Source: Vicinamibacterales bacterium (GTDB lineage: Bacteria; Acidobacteriota; Vicinamibacteria; Vicinamibacterales; CAVVIG01). Taken from it: a DNA stretch of 62,284 nt. The notes below the pieces were generated by a model. That model saw only the letters and a list, made by a program, of their open reading frames with translations. It did no database searches and was not told the DNA's origin. The translations under genes and the position numbers were made by a program. Of the stretch, positions 34,623 through 42,668 are shown one piece after another. Position 1 is the first letter of the stretch, and every line of letters begins with the position of its first letter. The stretch is taken from NCBI GenBank assembly GCA_036848175.1, contig DAIUKO010000006.1:1-62284 (forward strand), written 5' to 3'.

Positions 34623-35770
34623 GCCAGCGCCTCGGTGAGCACGCGGTCGTAGACGAGCGCGATCGACTCGGTCCGGTACTGCTCGGCGTGTCGCCGCGCA
34701 CCATCGGCCATCTTCTGGCGGAGCGCGGCGTCGTGCAGGAGCGACGCGAGCGCCGCGGCAAAGGCAGCGGGGTCGTGATCGTCGACCAGCAACCCGTTCG
34801 CGCCCGACGTCACGATTTCACGCGTGCCCGGCGAGCTGGTGGCGACGACCGGGACGCCGCACGCCATCGCCTCGACGATCACGTTGCCGAATCCTTCGTA
34901 TCGCGACGTCAACGCGAACACGTCGGCGCGAGCGATGTAGCTCCAGGGGTTGGTCCGAAAACCGCACAGGTGAACGCTGTCGTCGAGACCGCGATCGTGA
35001 ATCAGCCGCCGCAGCTCCGCTTCCTGATCGCCTTCGCCGAGGATGAACAGCGACGCCGGCATCTCGTGTCGCAGGATCGCGACGGCTTCGACGAGGAGCG
35101 GAAAGTTCTTCACGGCCGCAAGGCGGCCCGCGGCGACGATCACGGGACGACGCCACCGCGCGGCGTCGGCGGCATCGAGCGGCTCTCGCGCCGCGGCGGC
35201 GACCGAGGCGAGATCGACTGGATTGTTGACCACGCGGACGCGCGCCGACTGGCCGCGAAACGATTCGATCAGATCGTCGGCGACGCCTTGTGAGGTCGCG
35301 AGCACGAGATCGGTCACCGTGCAGCCGATGCGCATCGCCGTCGCCAGCATCCAGCGATTCCACGGACGCGACCATCGAAAGTCGGCGTCGGTCAGAAACG
35401 CGGACATCGGCGTTCCGACGGCGAAGACCACCTTGGCGCCGACGCCGGCCGCACGTGCCGCAGTCAGGACGGTCAGATAGCTGAGAAACGCGACGATCAC
35501 GTCAGGCCGGGTGCGGCGGATGAACTGACGCAGCGCATTCCAGCGTCCCACCCGGCCCAGAGAAGCGGTCGGCACCGCGGCTTCGAGGCGAATCGACGGT
35601 GCGACGTCGGCGAGGTATGGTCCGCGGCGCTCGAACAGGAACATCGATCGATCCCATCGCGCCGCATCGAGTGCGTTCAGGACCTGCACCGCGACGCGCT
35701 CGGCGCCGCCGCCGGAGAGCGACGGCACGACGAAGCAGACTTTCAGGCGAGGCTCGGTCGTGTGCTTCAT
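34619..35770 (-). CDS. GT4 (GT-B fold) glycosyltransferase
   Basis: 383-aa ORF with SLSGGGAERV and EGFGNVIVEAMACGVPVVAT. Confidence 0.9.
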   Translation of the reverse strand: MKHTTEPRLKVCFVVPSLSGGGAERVAVQVLNALDAARWDRSMFLFERRGPYLADVAPSIRLEAAVPTASLGRVGRWNALRQFIRRTRPDVIVAFLSYLTVLTAARAAGVGAKVVFAVGTPMSAFLTDADFRWSRPWNRWMLATAMRIGCTVTDLVLATSQGVADDLIESFRGQSARVRVVNNPVDLASVAAAAREPLDAADAARWRRPVIVAAGRLAAVKNFPLLVEAVAILRHEMPASLFILGEGDQEAELRRLIHDRGLDDSVHLCGFRTNPWSYIARADVFALTSRYEGFGNVIVEAMACGVPVVATSSPGTREIVTSGANGLLVDDHDPAAFAAALASLLHDAALRQKMADGARRHAEQYRTESIALVYDRVLTEALA

Positions 35771-37926
35771 CCGGCCGGCTGCGCGGCAGGCTGGCGGAGT
35801 GCGACGTGCAGCTGGCTCGACACCATTGCCGCAATCCGCGCCGCCTGCGTCTCGAGCGTGTACGTCCGTGCCGTTCGGTAGCCGTTCGCAATCAGGGCGC
35901 GCCGGAGATCGGCGTCACGAATGATTCGTGCGACGGCGCCAGCGATCTCCTCCGGTAATGCCTGGTACTCGTAGGGCGGCCCGTTTGGGGCCGCCGCCGT
36001 TTCGACGAGCAGCCCGTTCGCTTCGTGTGTGATCAGACTCGGAATTCCCGCGACGCGCGTCGTCACGATCGGCACTCCCGCGCTCATCGCCTCGAGCAGG
36101 ACGCGCGGCACACCTTCGCCGGGCAGCGTCGGCAGCACGAACAGATCGTAGTCGGCGTACATCGGCAGCAGCCGATCGAGCGGCACGATGCCCACCAGCC
36201 GGACACGGTCGGCCACAGCGAAGCGCTCGGCGTCGGCGACGATCGCGGTCTGCTCGTCGCGGCCCGGCGATCCGACCACCGGACCGACGATGTCGAGTGT
36301 CACATCGAGGCCGGCATCAACGAGGAGCCGCACCGCCTGCGGAAGCACACGCAGCCCCTTGCGCGGATCGATGCGGCTGACCGACATCAGGCGCACAGCC
36401 CGATTGAGGCAGGTATCCTCGCGTGTCGCGATGTCGCGCTCGCCGATCGTCGTCGTGATCGTCTCGATGACCGGGCGATCGGCGCGCGTGTGCTTCGCCG
36501 TCAGCGCTGCGCCGTTGGCAAATGTCAGCGCGCGATCCGCCATCCATTGAATGTTTCGTTCCTCGAATGCCGTATACCAGCGCCAGAGGGCCCGCTTGAT
36601 CCCCCGATAGGGCAGCGTCGGCAGCAGCGCGCGGAGATCCCCGACGATCAGGATGAATGCCGGCCGATCGAGCAGACGGCCGATCGCAAAGGCGAACGCG
36701 GCCGCCGGGCTCGGAACGCGGCAATGCACGACATCGATTCGGCGCGCCCAGCGGACCAGTCTCGGCAACACGGTCGCGAGACGGCGGTAGAACTGCAGCG
36801 GACCGTCGAAGGCCGGAAGCGGCGCCACGGTCACGTTGGTCGATCGAATCGGGGTTCCTTCTCCGGCCGGCGACTCGAGGAGCGGCACGCACAGGGAGAT
36901 CTCGTCGAAGTACGGCGCGAGCGAATCGACGTATCGCGCGAACGATCCCTCGGGCTCGCGCAGCGTGCCATCGGCTCCGCGCCAGAACGGCATGTGGTAG
37001 ACGATGCCAAGGTGGATTCCCGTCGGGATTTGGGATTCGGGATTTGGGATTCGGTCGGGATTCGGGGTTTGGGACTTGGGATTCGGGATTCGGTCGGGAC
37101 TCGGGATTTGGGACTCGGGATTCGGGATTCGGTCGGGATTTGGAGTTTGGGATTCGGGACTCGGGATTCGGTCGAGATTCGGGATTCGGTCCGCATTCGG
37201 AATGCGATGGTCGCGCTTTCGGGCCACCGCGAGCACGTGGAGATGCACGTCCGACCGGAATCGCTCGATCGATTCGACGTCGAGATCGACCGCTGCAAGA
37301 ACCTCCTCCACGCGCTGCTCGTCGGCGTAGAGCCCGCCGCTCATCAACCGCGCGCGCAGCCGGCGCCGCAGTCCCTCCGGCGCAATTCGCAGCAGCCTTT
37401 CGCCGATGCGCCGGCTCACCGTTCTCGGCACCGAGAAGGACATCGGATGCACGGTCGTGAACGCGAAGCGCCCGCCCGGCCGGAGCCATCGCTTCACTCT
37501 CGACGCCATCGTGTCGTCGAACGGCGAATGCTCGGCGAGGACGCCGATCGAGTACACGAGATCGAACTCGCCGTCCGGGAACTCGTGTTTCAGAAAATCG
37601 CCTTCGACCAGCGTGAGACACTCCGCGGGAATCGACACCTCGCCGACGGGATGCCGCGCCCGCTCGAGCATCGGCTGCGAGACGTCGATGCCGACGAGCC
37701 GCCGCACATGAGGGAGGGCCTGGAAATATCGTCCCGTGCCGCAGCCGAGATCGAGGACGTCGATCGGCCGCATGAACCGGTTGCAGACCTCGCGCAGCCA
37801 CGCGCAGAAGTGACCGTAGGCTTCGCCGCTGCGGATCGTCTCGTCATGCGCGCGATACTGCTCGGCATACGCGTCGGTGTACAACGCCGCGGCTCGTGCT
37901 CCCCACCGCGTCCGGACATCGATCAA
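35767..37926 (-). CDS. fusion protein: SAM methyltransferase - Pro-rich tandem-repeat linker - GT4 glycosyltransferase
   Basis: ORF 35767..38370 trimmed to TTG 37926 (LIDVRTRWGARAAALYTDAY...; TTGA with the carbamoyltransferase stop). MT motif VLDLGCGTGRYF, a linker of DRIPNPESQIPSP-type 13-aa repeats, and GT4 motif EGVPRVLLEAMSAGVPIVTT. Confidence 0.8.
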   Translation of the reverse strand: MIDVRTRWGARAAALYTDAYAEQYRAHDETIRSGEAYGHFCAWLREVCNRFMRPIDVLDLGCGTGRYFQALPHVRRLVGIDVSQPMLERARHPVGEVSIPAECLTLVEGDFLKHEFPDGEFDLVYSIGVLAEHSPFDDTMASRVKRWLRPGGRFAFTTVHPMSFSVPRTVSRRIGERLLRIAPEGLRRRLRARLMSGGLYADEQRVEEVLAAVDLDVESIERFRSDVHLHVLAVARKRDHRIPNADRIPNLDRIPSPESQTPNPDRIPNPESQIPSPDRIPNPKSQTPNPDRIPNPESQIPTGIHLGIVYHMPFWRGADGTLREPEGSFARYVDSLAPYFDEISLCVPLLESPAGEGTPIRSTNVTVAPLPAFDGPLQFYRRLATVLPRLVRWARRIDVVHCRVPSPAAAFAFAIGRLLDRPAFILIVGDLRALLPTLPYRGIKRALWRWYTAFEERNIQWMADRALTFANGAALTAKHTRADRPVIETITTTIGERDIATREDTCLNRAVRLMSVSRIDPRKGLRVLPQAVRLLVDAGLDVTLDIVGPVVGSPGRDEQTAIVADAERFAVADRVRLVGIVPLDRLLPMYADYDLFVLPTLPGEGVPRVLLEAMSAGVPIVTTRVAGIPSLITHEANGLLVETAAAPNGPPYEYQALPEEIAGAVARIIRDADLRRALIANGYRTARTYTLETQAARIAAMVSSQLHVALRQPAAQPAG
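37011..37208. repeat. imperfect GGGATT[CT]/GGGACTC heptamer satellite organised in 39-nt (5x7+GGTC) higher-order units, inside the fusion CDS
   Basis: Read directly: gggattt gggattc gggattt gggattc ggtc / gggattc ggggttt gggactt gggattc gggattc ggtc / ... At least 21 recognisable heptamers lie between 37025 and 37187, followed by two 18-nt units. Confidence 0.9.
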
Positions 37927-39863
37927 TCGAGGACGAACTCCTGTCGCCACGATTCGTCCTTCATCTCCGGCGTCATCGTCTGGTCGGTCTTGAGCAGCAG
38001 ATGGTGTTCGAGCACGAGCGCGTCGATGTTGGTCCGCATGAAGCACCGGTACGCGTCTGCCGGCGTGCAGACGATGGGCTCGCCGCGAACGTTGAAGGAC
38101 GTATTGACGATGACCGGACAGCCGGTCAGCCGAAAGAAGGCGTCGATGACGTCGTAGTAGAGCGGGTTCGTCTCGCGCCTGACCGTCTGAATGCGCGCCG
38201 AGTAGTCGACATGGGTGACCGCGGGAATCGTCGAACGTGGCACGTTCAGCCGCTCGATGCCCCAGAGCGGCGCGGCCTCGTCGAGCGCCGGCTGTTCGGG
38301 CAGCCGCCGCGTTTCGTCGACGTCGGCGACGAGGAGCATGTACGGACTGTCGCGATCGAGCTCGAACCATGAGGCGACATGCTCGCGCAGGACGGCTGGC
38401 GCGAACGGACGGAACGACTCGCGGAACTTGATCTTGAGGTTCATCATCGACTGCATGCGCGGCGATCGCGCGTCACCGATGATCGAACGGGCGCCGAGCG
38501 CGCGCGGTCCGAACTCCATGCGGCCGTGCAGCAGGGCGACGACTTTTTCCTGCGCGAGGAGCGCCGCGATTTCCCCGGCCAGCGCCGACGGATCGACGCG
38601 CCTGGCCGCGCCGCCCTGAGCGTCGAGGAACGCCTGAATCTCGTCGTCGGTGAACCGCGGACCGAGCAGCGATCCCTGCATGAGGTCGGCGTACTTCGGC
38701 GGAATCGACGGTCGCGCGGCGTGAAGCGGCCGGCCAGCCTCCGCCAACGCCTTTGCCGGCTCGCGCCGCGGACGCTCCCACGTCCCGTCCGCCTCGCAAC
38801 TCACGCGCGGTTTGCCGAGATGACGATGCCACAGGCTCAACGCCACGCCGAGAGCGCCGCCGGCATCGCCGGCTGCCGGTTGAATCCAGATCTCGTCGAA
38901 TGCCCCGTCGCGAAGAATGCGGCCGTTCGCGACGCAGTTGAGCGCGACGCCGCCCGCCATGCAGAGATCGCGCATGCCGGTCTCGCGGCGCGCGAACTGC
39001 GCCATCTTCAGCATCACCTCCTCGGTGATGTCCTGAACGGAACGCGCGAGATCCATTTCCCGCTGCGTCAACGGAGTCTCAGGCTCGCGGGCCGGGCCGT
39101 CGAACAACTGCTCGAACCCGCGGCCGGTCATCGTCAGTCCGTGCGGGTACGTGAAGTAATCCATGTTCATCCACACGGTCCCGTCGTCGCCGATCTCGAG
39201 AAGATGGTCTTTGATCGCCTTGACGTACTTCGGCGTGCCGTACGGCGCGAGGCCCATCACCTTGTATTCGCCCGAGTTCACACGGAAGCCGGTGAAGTAG
39301 GTGAACGCCGAATAGAGCAGGCCGAGTGAATGCGGAAATCGCAGCTCGTGCATCAGCTCGAGATCGCTGCCGCGGCCGATGCCGATTGACGAGGTCGCCC
39401 ACTCGCCAACGCCGTCGATGGTGAGGACCGCCGCCTGCTCGAACGGCGAGGGATAGAACGCGGAGGCCGCGTGCGACTCGTGGTGCTCCCCGAACAGCAC
39501 CTCGCCTTTGTAGCCCTCGAGGTGGCCTTGGATGTCGTCGGCCATCCAGAGACGCTCGCCGATCCACAGCGGCATCGCCTTCAAGTACGACTTCAACCCC
39601 TTCGGTGCACACGCGACGTAGGTCTCGAGCAGCCGTTCGAACTTGACCAGCGGCTTCTCGTAGAAGCCGACGAGGTCGAGGCTGCGTGCGTCGACGCCCG
39701 CCTCACGAAGGCAGTACTCAATCGCCCGCGACGGAAAGCCGGCGTCGTGCTTCTTGCGCGTGAAGCGCTCCTCCTGCGCCGCCGCGATGACGCGGCCGTC
39801 CTCGACGAGACACGCCGCTGAGTCGTGGTAGTACGCGGAGATTCCGAGGATACGTATCGACAA
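37923..39863 (-). CDS. carbamoyltransferase (NodU/CmcH/SxtI family)
   Basis: ORF 37923..39965. The conserved N-terminus begins at TTG 39863 (LSIRILGISAYYHDSAACLVEDGRVIAAAQEERFTRKKHD). ATG 39965 would add 34 low-complexity residues read through a tandem repeat. Confidence 0.9.
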   Translation of the reverse strand: MSIRILGISAYYHDSAACLVEDGRVIAAAQEERFTRKKHDAGFPSRAIEYCLREAGVDARSLDLVGFYEKPLVKFERLLETYVACAPKGLKSYLKAMPLWIGERLWMADDIQGHLEGYKGEVLFGEHHESHAASAFYPSPFEQAAVLTIDGVGEWATSSIGIGRGSDLELMHELRFPHSLGLLYSAFTYFTGFRVNSGEYKVMGLAPYGTPKYVKAIKDHLLEIGDDGTVWMNMDYFTYPHGLTMTGRGFEQLFDGPAREPETPLTQREMDLARSVQDITEEVMLKMAQFARRETGMRDLCMAGGVALNCVANGRILRDGAFDEIWIQPAAGDAGGALGVALSLWHRHLGKPRVSCEADGTWERPRREPAKALAEAGRPLHAARPSIPPKYADLMQGSLLGPRFTDDEIQAFLDAQGGAARRVDPSALAGEIAALLAQEKVVALLHGRMEFGPRALGARSIIGDARSPRMQSMMNLKIKFRESFRPFAPAVLREHVASWFELDRDSPYMLLVADVDETRRLPEQPALDEAAPLWGIERLNVPRSTIPAVTHVDYSARIQTVRRETNPLYYDVIDAFFRLTGCPVIVNTSFNVRGEPIVCTPADAYRCFMRTNIDALVLEHHLLLKTDQTMTPEMKDESWRQEFVLD

Positions 39864-39897
39864 TGGAGTTATTAGCGGCGCTGAATCAACATGATAT

Positions 39898-39933
39898 TTC
39901 TCTGTGTTCTTTGTGTTCTTTGTGTCCTTTGTG
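39898..39933. repeat. 4 tandem copies of a 9-bp unit (TTCTTTGTG-like) in a low-GC spacer
   Basis: ttctctgtg ttctttgtg ttctttgtg tcctttgtg, read directly between the SxtK-like stop (39937) and the carbamoyltransferase TTG (39863). Confidence 0.9.
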
Positions 39934-39936
39934 CTG

Positions 39937-40095
39937 TTAGAACAGCGTGTAGATGAAGGGTGCAACGGCGCTCGACTGTGAGAACACGATCAGCAAGCCG
40001 AACAGCACGAAGACGACGACGATCGGCACGAGCCAGTATTTTTTTTCCTGGCGCAGGAACATCCAGAACTCCGACAGGACTCGACCCTTGCTCAT
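39937..40095 (-). CDS. small single-TM peptide, DUF5989/SxtK-like
   Basis: Internal ATG 40095 of ORF 39937..40224: MSKGRVLSEFWMFLRQEKKYWLVPIVVVFVLFGLLIVFSQSSAVAPFIYTLF. Family resemblance is from memory. Confidence 0.7.
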   Translation of the reverse strand: MSKGRVLSEFWMFLRQEKKYWLVPIVVVFVLFGLLIVFSQSSAVAPFIYTLF

Positions 40096-40102
40096 AACAT
40101 CC

Positions 40103-40516
40103 TCAATACATGCGCGAGTAATGCTGTCGATCGCGATAGCGGTCCGGGTACGGCACCCAGCGAGGGCCTGGCGTCCGGCGCAGCGCCAGCGGATCCTTGC
40201 CGGCGAGCCGCCAGACGATTCCAAACGGCACGAAGACGACGATGAAGAGGAACGTCAGCAGGAGGCGCGCGTTGAAATCGCCGACGACGCGCGCAACGCG
40301 CCACCACCAGATCCGCGGCCACTTCAGCACCGATGGCGCGACGGCGCCGAAGAAGATCAGCGCGACACCGATCGCGCCGACGACCTCGGCGCGCAGCGGG
40401 TGGCGGCGCCAGATCAACGCGGCGGCAATCACGCACAGGACCGCGCCAACCGAAAGGCCGAACGATCGATCGGTTCCCGGAAGCGCCGCCGATCTCGACG
40501 TGTTGTTCATCGACAT
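40103..40516 (-). CDS. SxtJ-like small membrane protein
   Basis: 137-aa ORF with several TM helices. Its position next to the small peptide and carbamoyltransferase matches the SxtJ/SxtK/SxtI arrangement (from memory). Confidence 0.65.
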   Translation of the reverse strand: MSMNNTSRSAALPGTDRSFGLSVGAVLCVIAAALIWRRHPLRAEVVGAIGVALIFFGAVAPSVLKWPRIWWWRVARVVGDFNARLLLTFLFIVVFVPFGIVWRLAGKDPLALRRTPGPRWVPYPDRYRDRQHYSRMY

Positions 40517-40523
40517 CGATCGA

Positions 40524-42668
40524 TTACCGATCTCTCACGCCCGCATTGGCGACCGTGTACTCGTGGGGCGATCGTTTCAGCGCCGCCGCAATCACCCGGC
40601 GAGAGTGGAACAGCTGCGCGGCCGCGCACGCCGACATCCCGACCGCGAAGGGCACCACGTGCACCGACATCCGGCCGGGGTAATCATGCGTGTGCGCGAA
40701 GAACGATCCGGCGATCGTTCCCACCGTGACCAGAGCGAGAGACGCTGGCAAGCGTCTGAAATACGGCAATTGCGCCAGCGCCAGCACCGACAGAACGGCG
40801 CCGGCGGCAACCAGCGTCGAACGCGGATCGATCGCGGCCGGCTCCCGCATCGACAGTTGCGCCGCGAACGCCTCGCCGATTCTCGTCCACACGGCAGGCG
40901 ACGCGATCGTCGCCCATCGCAATCCGGTCTGCTGCGCGCCGAAGCTCGTCCCGTAAATCACGCTGAAGTGACCCGCGTACCACCACGTGTGCGCGGCGAA
41001 GAGCACCACGCCGGCCACGATCGCCGCTGCGTAGGCCAGTGCCGGCCTGAGGCGCGTCCGGCCGATGGCCGCCAGCATCTCGCGCGCGGCGGCCGGCGTC
41101 CGCGTCGGCATGAGGCAGGCGAGCAGGAACCAGGCGAGCAGCAGATGGTTCAGCCGCGTGTAGAACATCAGCACCGCGAAGAGCGCCGCCGCGAGCGCCG
41201 ACCGCGCGTCGCCGAGCCGCGCGTGCATCAGAAACATCATCGCCGCCGACATCCAGCCGAGGGCGGAGATCTCCGACAGGCCGCGGCCGATCAAGTACCA
41301 GATCGGGCTCATCGTGAAGGTCGCGAGCGTCATCGCTGCGGCGGCGATGCCCCATCGGAACCCGGACACGTGCTTCACGATCCCAAAACAGGTGAGCGCC
41401 GCGACCAGCAGGCACCCGGCATCCCAGTACACTTCGCCGACGCTCGAGTCGCCGAACAGGACGTGGAGCGCTCCGGCAATCCACCGATAGAGCGGCTGGA
41501 ACAGAAACGTCGGACTGCCGCCTTGGATCCAGTAGCCGTGCATGAAGATTCGGTACGCCGCCGCTTGGTACATCTGCCAGTCGTCGCCGAGCGAATACAC
41601 CGTCACGCGGCCGATCTGAGTCCACGACGCGGCGACGAACAACGCCAGCCAGGGAATGCCGATCAGAAAGAATGCGCCGCGGACATTCTGGTGGCGCCGC
41701 GCGACTGGAACCAGCACGCTCGCGGCGAGCAGCAGCGTGACGCCGCGTTCGAATCGCCCGGACGCGCCGGCGATCGCAAAGAGCGCGGTCACCGCCATCG
41801 TCCACACGAGCGCGGGCCCGGGCGCATAGCGCACGACGGACGACATCACCCATGCGGCCAGCAAGAGCAGCACGAGTGCCGGCGTCGCGATCGATACGGC
41901 TCGCCACGCGGCCCGATCGAGCCAACCGGAGGGAGATACCGTCAGCCGCGCGGCCGACCACGCGTCGTCGCCGTTCCACAGCGGCACGAACCTCCAGTCC
42001 TCGCCGGTGAACGTCGCGCGCAGGCTGATCGGATGTGAACCTTCCGCGAGCGGCACGGCGATCGCGCGTCCGCCTTCGGCCGTCACAAGGTCGCCGCCGA
42101 CGTGACCGGCGACGACCATGTCGCGCCCGGTTTCGATGACGAGCCTGCCGGCATCGCCGACGCTGACATAGCCGTCGACGTCGAGCGCGACGCTCGTCGC
42201 GTCGGGCCGAAGCGCGTTGAGCAGGTTGACGAACCACGACGGGAACTCCGGCCTCGAGCGGTACGGTCCATCGAGAATGGCCGTGCAGCGGGGTGCGGTC
42301 GCACGCGAATCGGCCCTGACATCCCAGCTGCGAAGCGTCCCGCGTGGTTCATCGATGGTGATCGTGCTGATCGTGCCGTTGAACGGCGCCGGCGTCGAGA
42401 ACCGCGCGCACAGTCCATGTTGAGGAATCGTCAGATGCACGGCGAGCTTCAGCGCGAGCAGCGCGATGATCGCGGTCCGTGCGACCCGGCGCAGCAGAAA
42501 CTCGCGATCCAGCCACCACAGCGCCGGCAGCACCACTCCGATGAGCAGCGCTTCGGCGCGTCCGTTCAGCGGTGCGCCGTCGAGCGGCGACAAGACGCGC
42601 GCCGGCCAGAGAACCGCGATCGCCAATGCGATGGTCCACAGTGCGACGAGCACCGGCGAACGTTTCAC
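40524..42668 (-). CDS. large polytopic membrane protein with N-terminal PA14-like beta-sandwich (GT-C-like, unassigned)
   Basis: 714-aa ORF with a GTG start (GTGA with the regulator stop). One TM pair, then a ~170-aa domain (...VALDVDGYVSVGDAGRLVIE...VPLAEGSHPISLRATFTGEDWRFVPLWNG), then many TM helices. Confidence 0.75.
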   Translation of the reverse strand: MKRSPVLVALWTIALAIAVLWPARVLSPLDGAPLNGRAEALLIGVVLPALWWLDREFLLRRVARTAIIALLALKLAVHLTIPQHGLCARFSTPAPFNGTISTITIDEPRGTLRSWDVRADSRATAPRCTAILDGPYRSRPEFPSWFVNLLNALRPDATSVALDVDGYVSVGDAGRLVIETGRDMVVAGHVGGDLVTAEGGRAIAVPLAEGSHPISLRATFTGEDWRFVPLWNGDDAWSAARLTVSPSGWLDRAAWRAVSIATPALVLLLLAAWVMSSVVRYAPGPALVWTMAVTALFAIAGASGRFERGVTLLLAASVLVPVARRHQNVRGAFFLIGIPWLALFVAASWTQIGRVTVYSLGDDWQMYQAAAYRIFMHGYWIQGGSPTFLFQPLYRWIAGALHVLFGDSSVGEVYWDAGCLLVAALTCFGIVKHVSGFRWGIAAAAMTLATFTMSPIWYLIGRGLSEISALGWMSAAMMFLMHARLGDARSALAAALFAVLMFYTRLNHLLLAWFLLACLMPTRTPAAAREMLAAIGRTRLRPALAYAAAIVAGVVLFAAHTWWYAGHFSVIYGTSFGAQQTGLRWATIASPAVWTRIGEAFAAQLSMREPAAIDPRSTLVAAGAVLSVLALAQLPYFRRLPASLALVTVGTIAGSFFAHTHDYPGRMSVHVVPFAVGMSACAAAQLFHSRRVIAAALKRSPHEYTVANAGVRDR

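Noticed and set aside
37011-37208. Possibility that the heptamer/39-nt repeat array is a CRISPR array or an intergenic satellite splitting two genes.
   Set aside because: Units are 7/39 nt with no unique spacers. The array is in frame with an uninterrupted ORF joining two complete enzyme domains. No cas genes are present.
39864-39965. ATG 39965 as the carbamoyltransferase start, which would overlap the SxtK-like gene.
   Set aside because: It adds 34 low-complexity residues (…STKDTKNTKNTEKY…) translated from the 9-bp tandem repeat. The conserved family N-terminus (RILGISAYYHDSAA) starts right after TTG 39863. ATG 39965 is kept as an alternative, not excluded.
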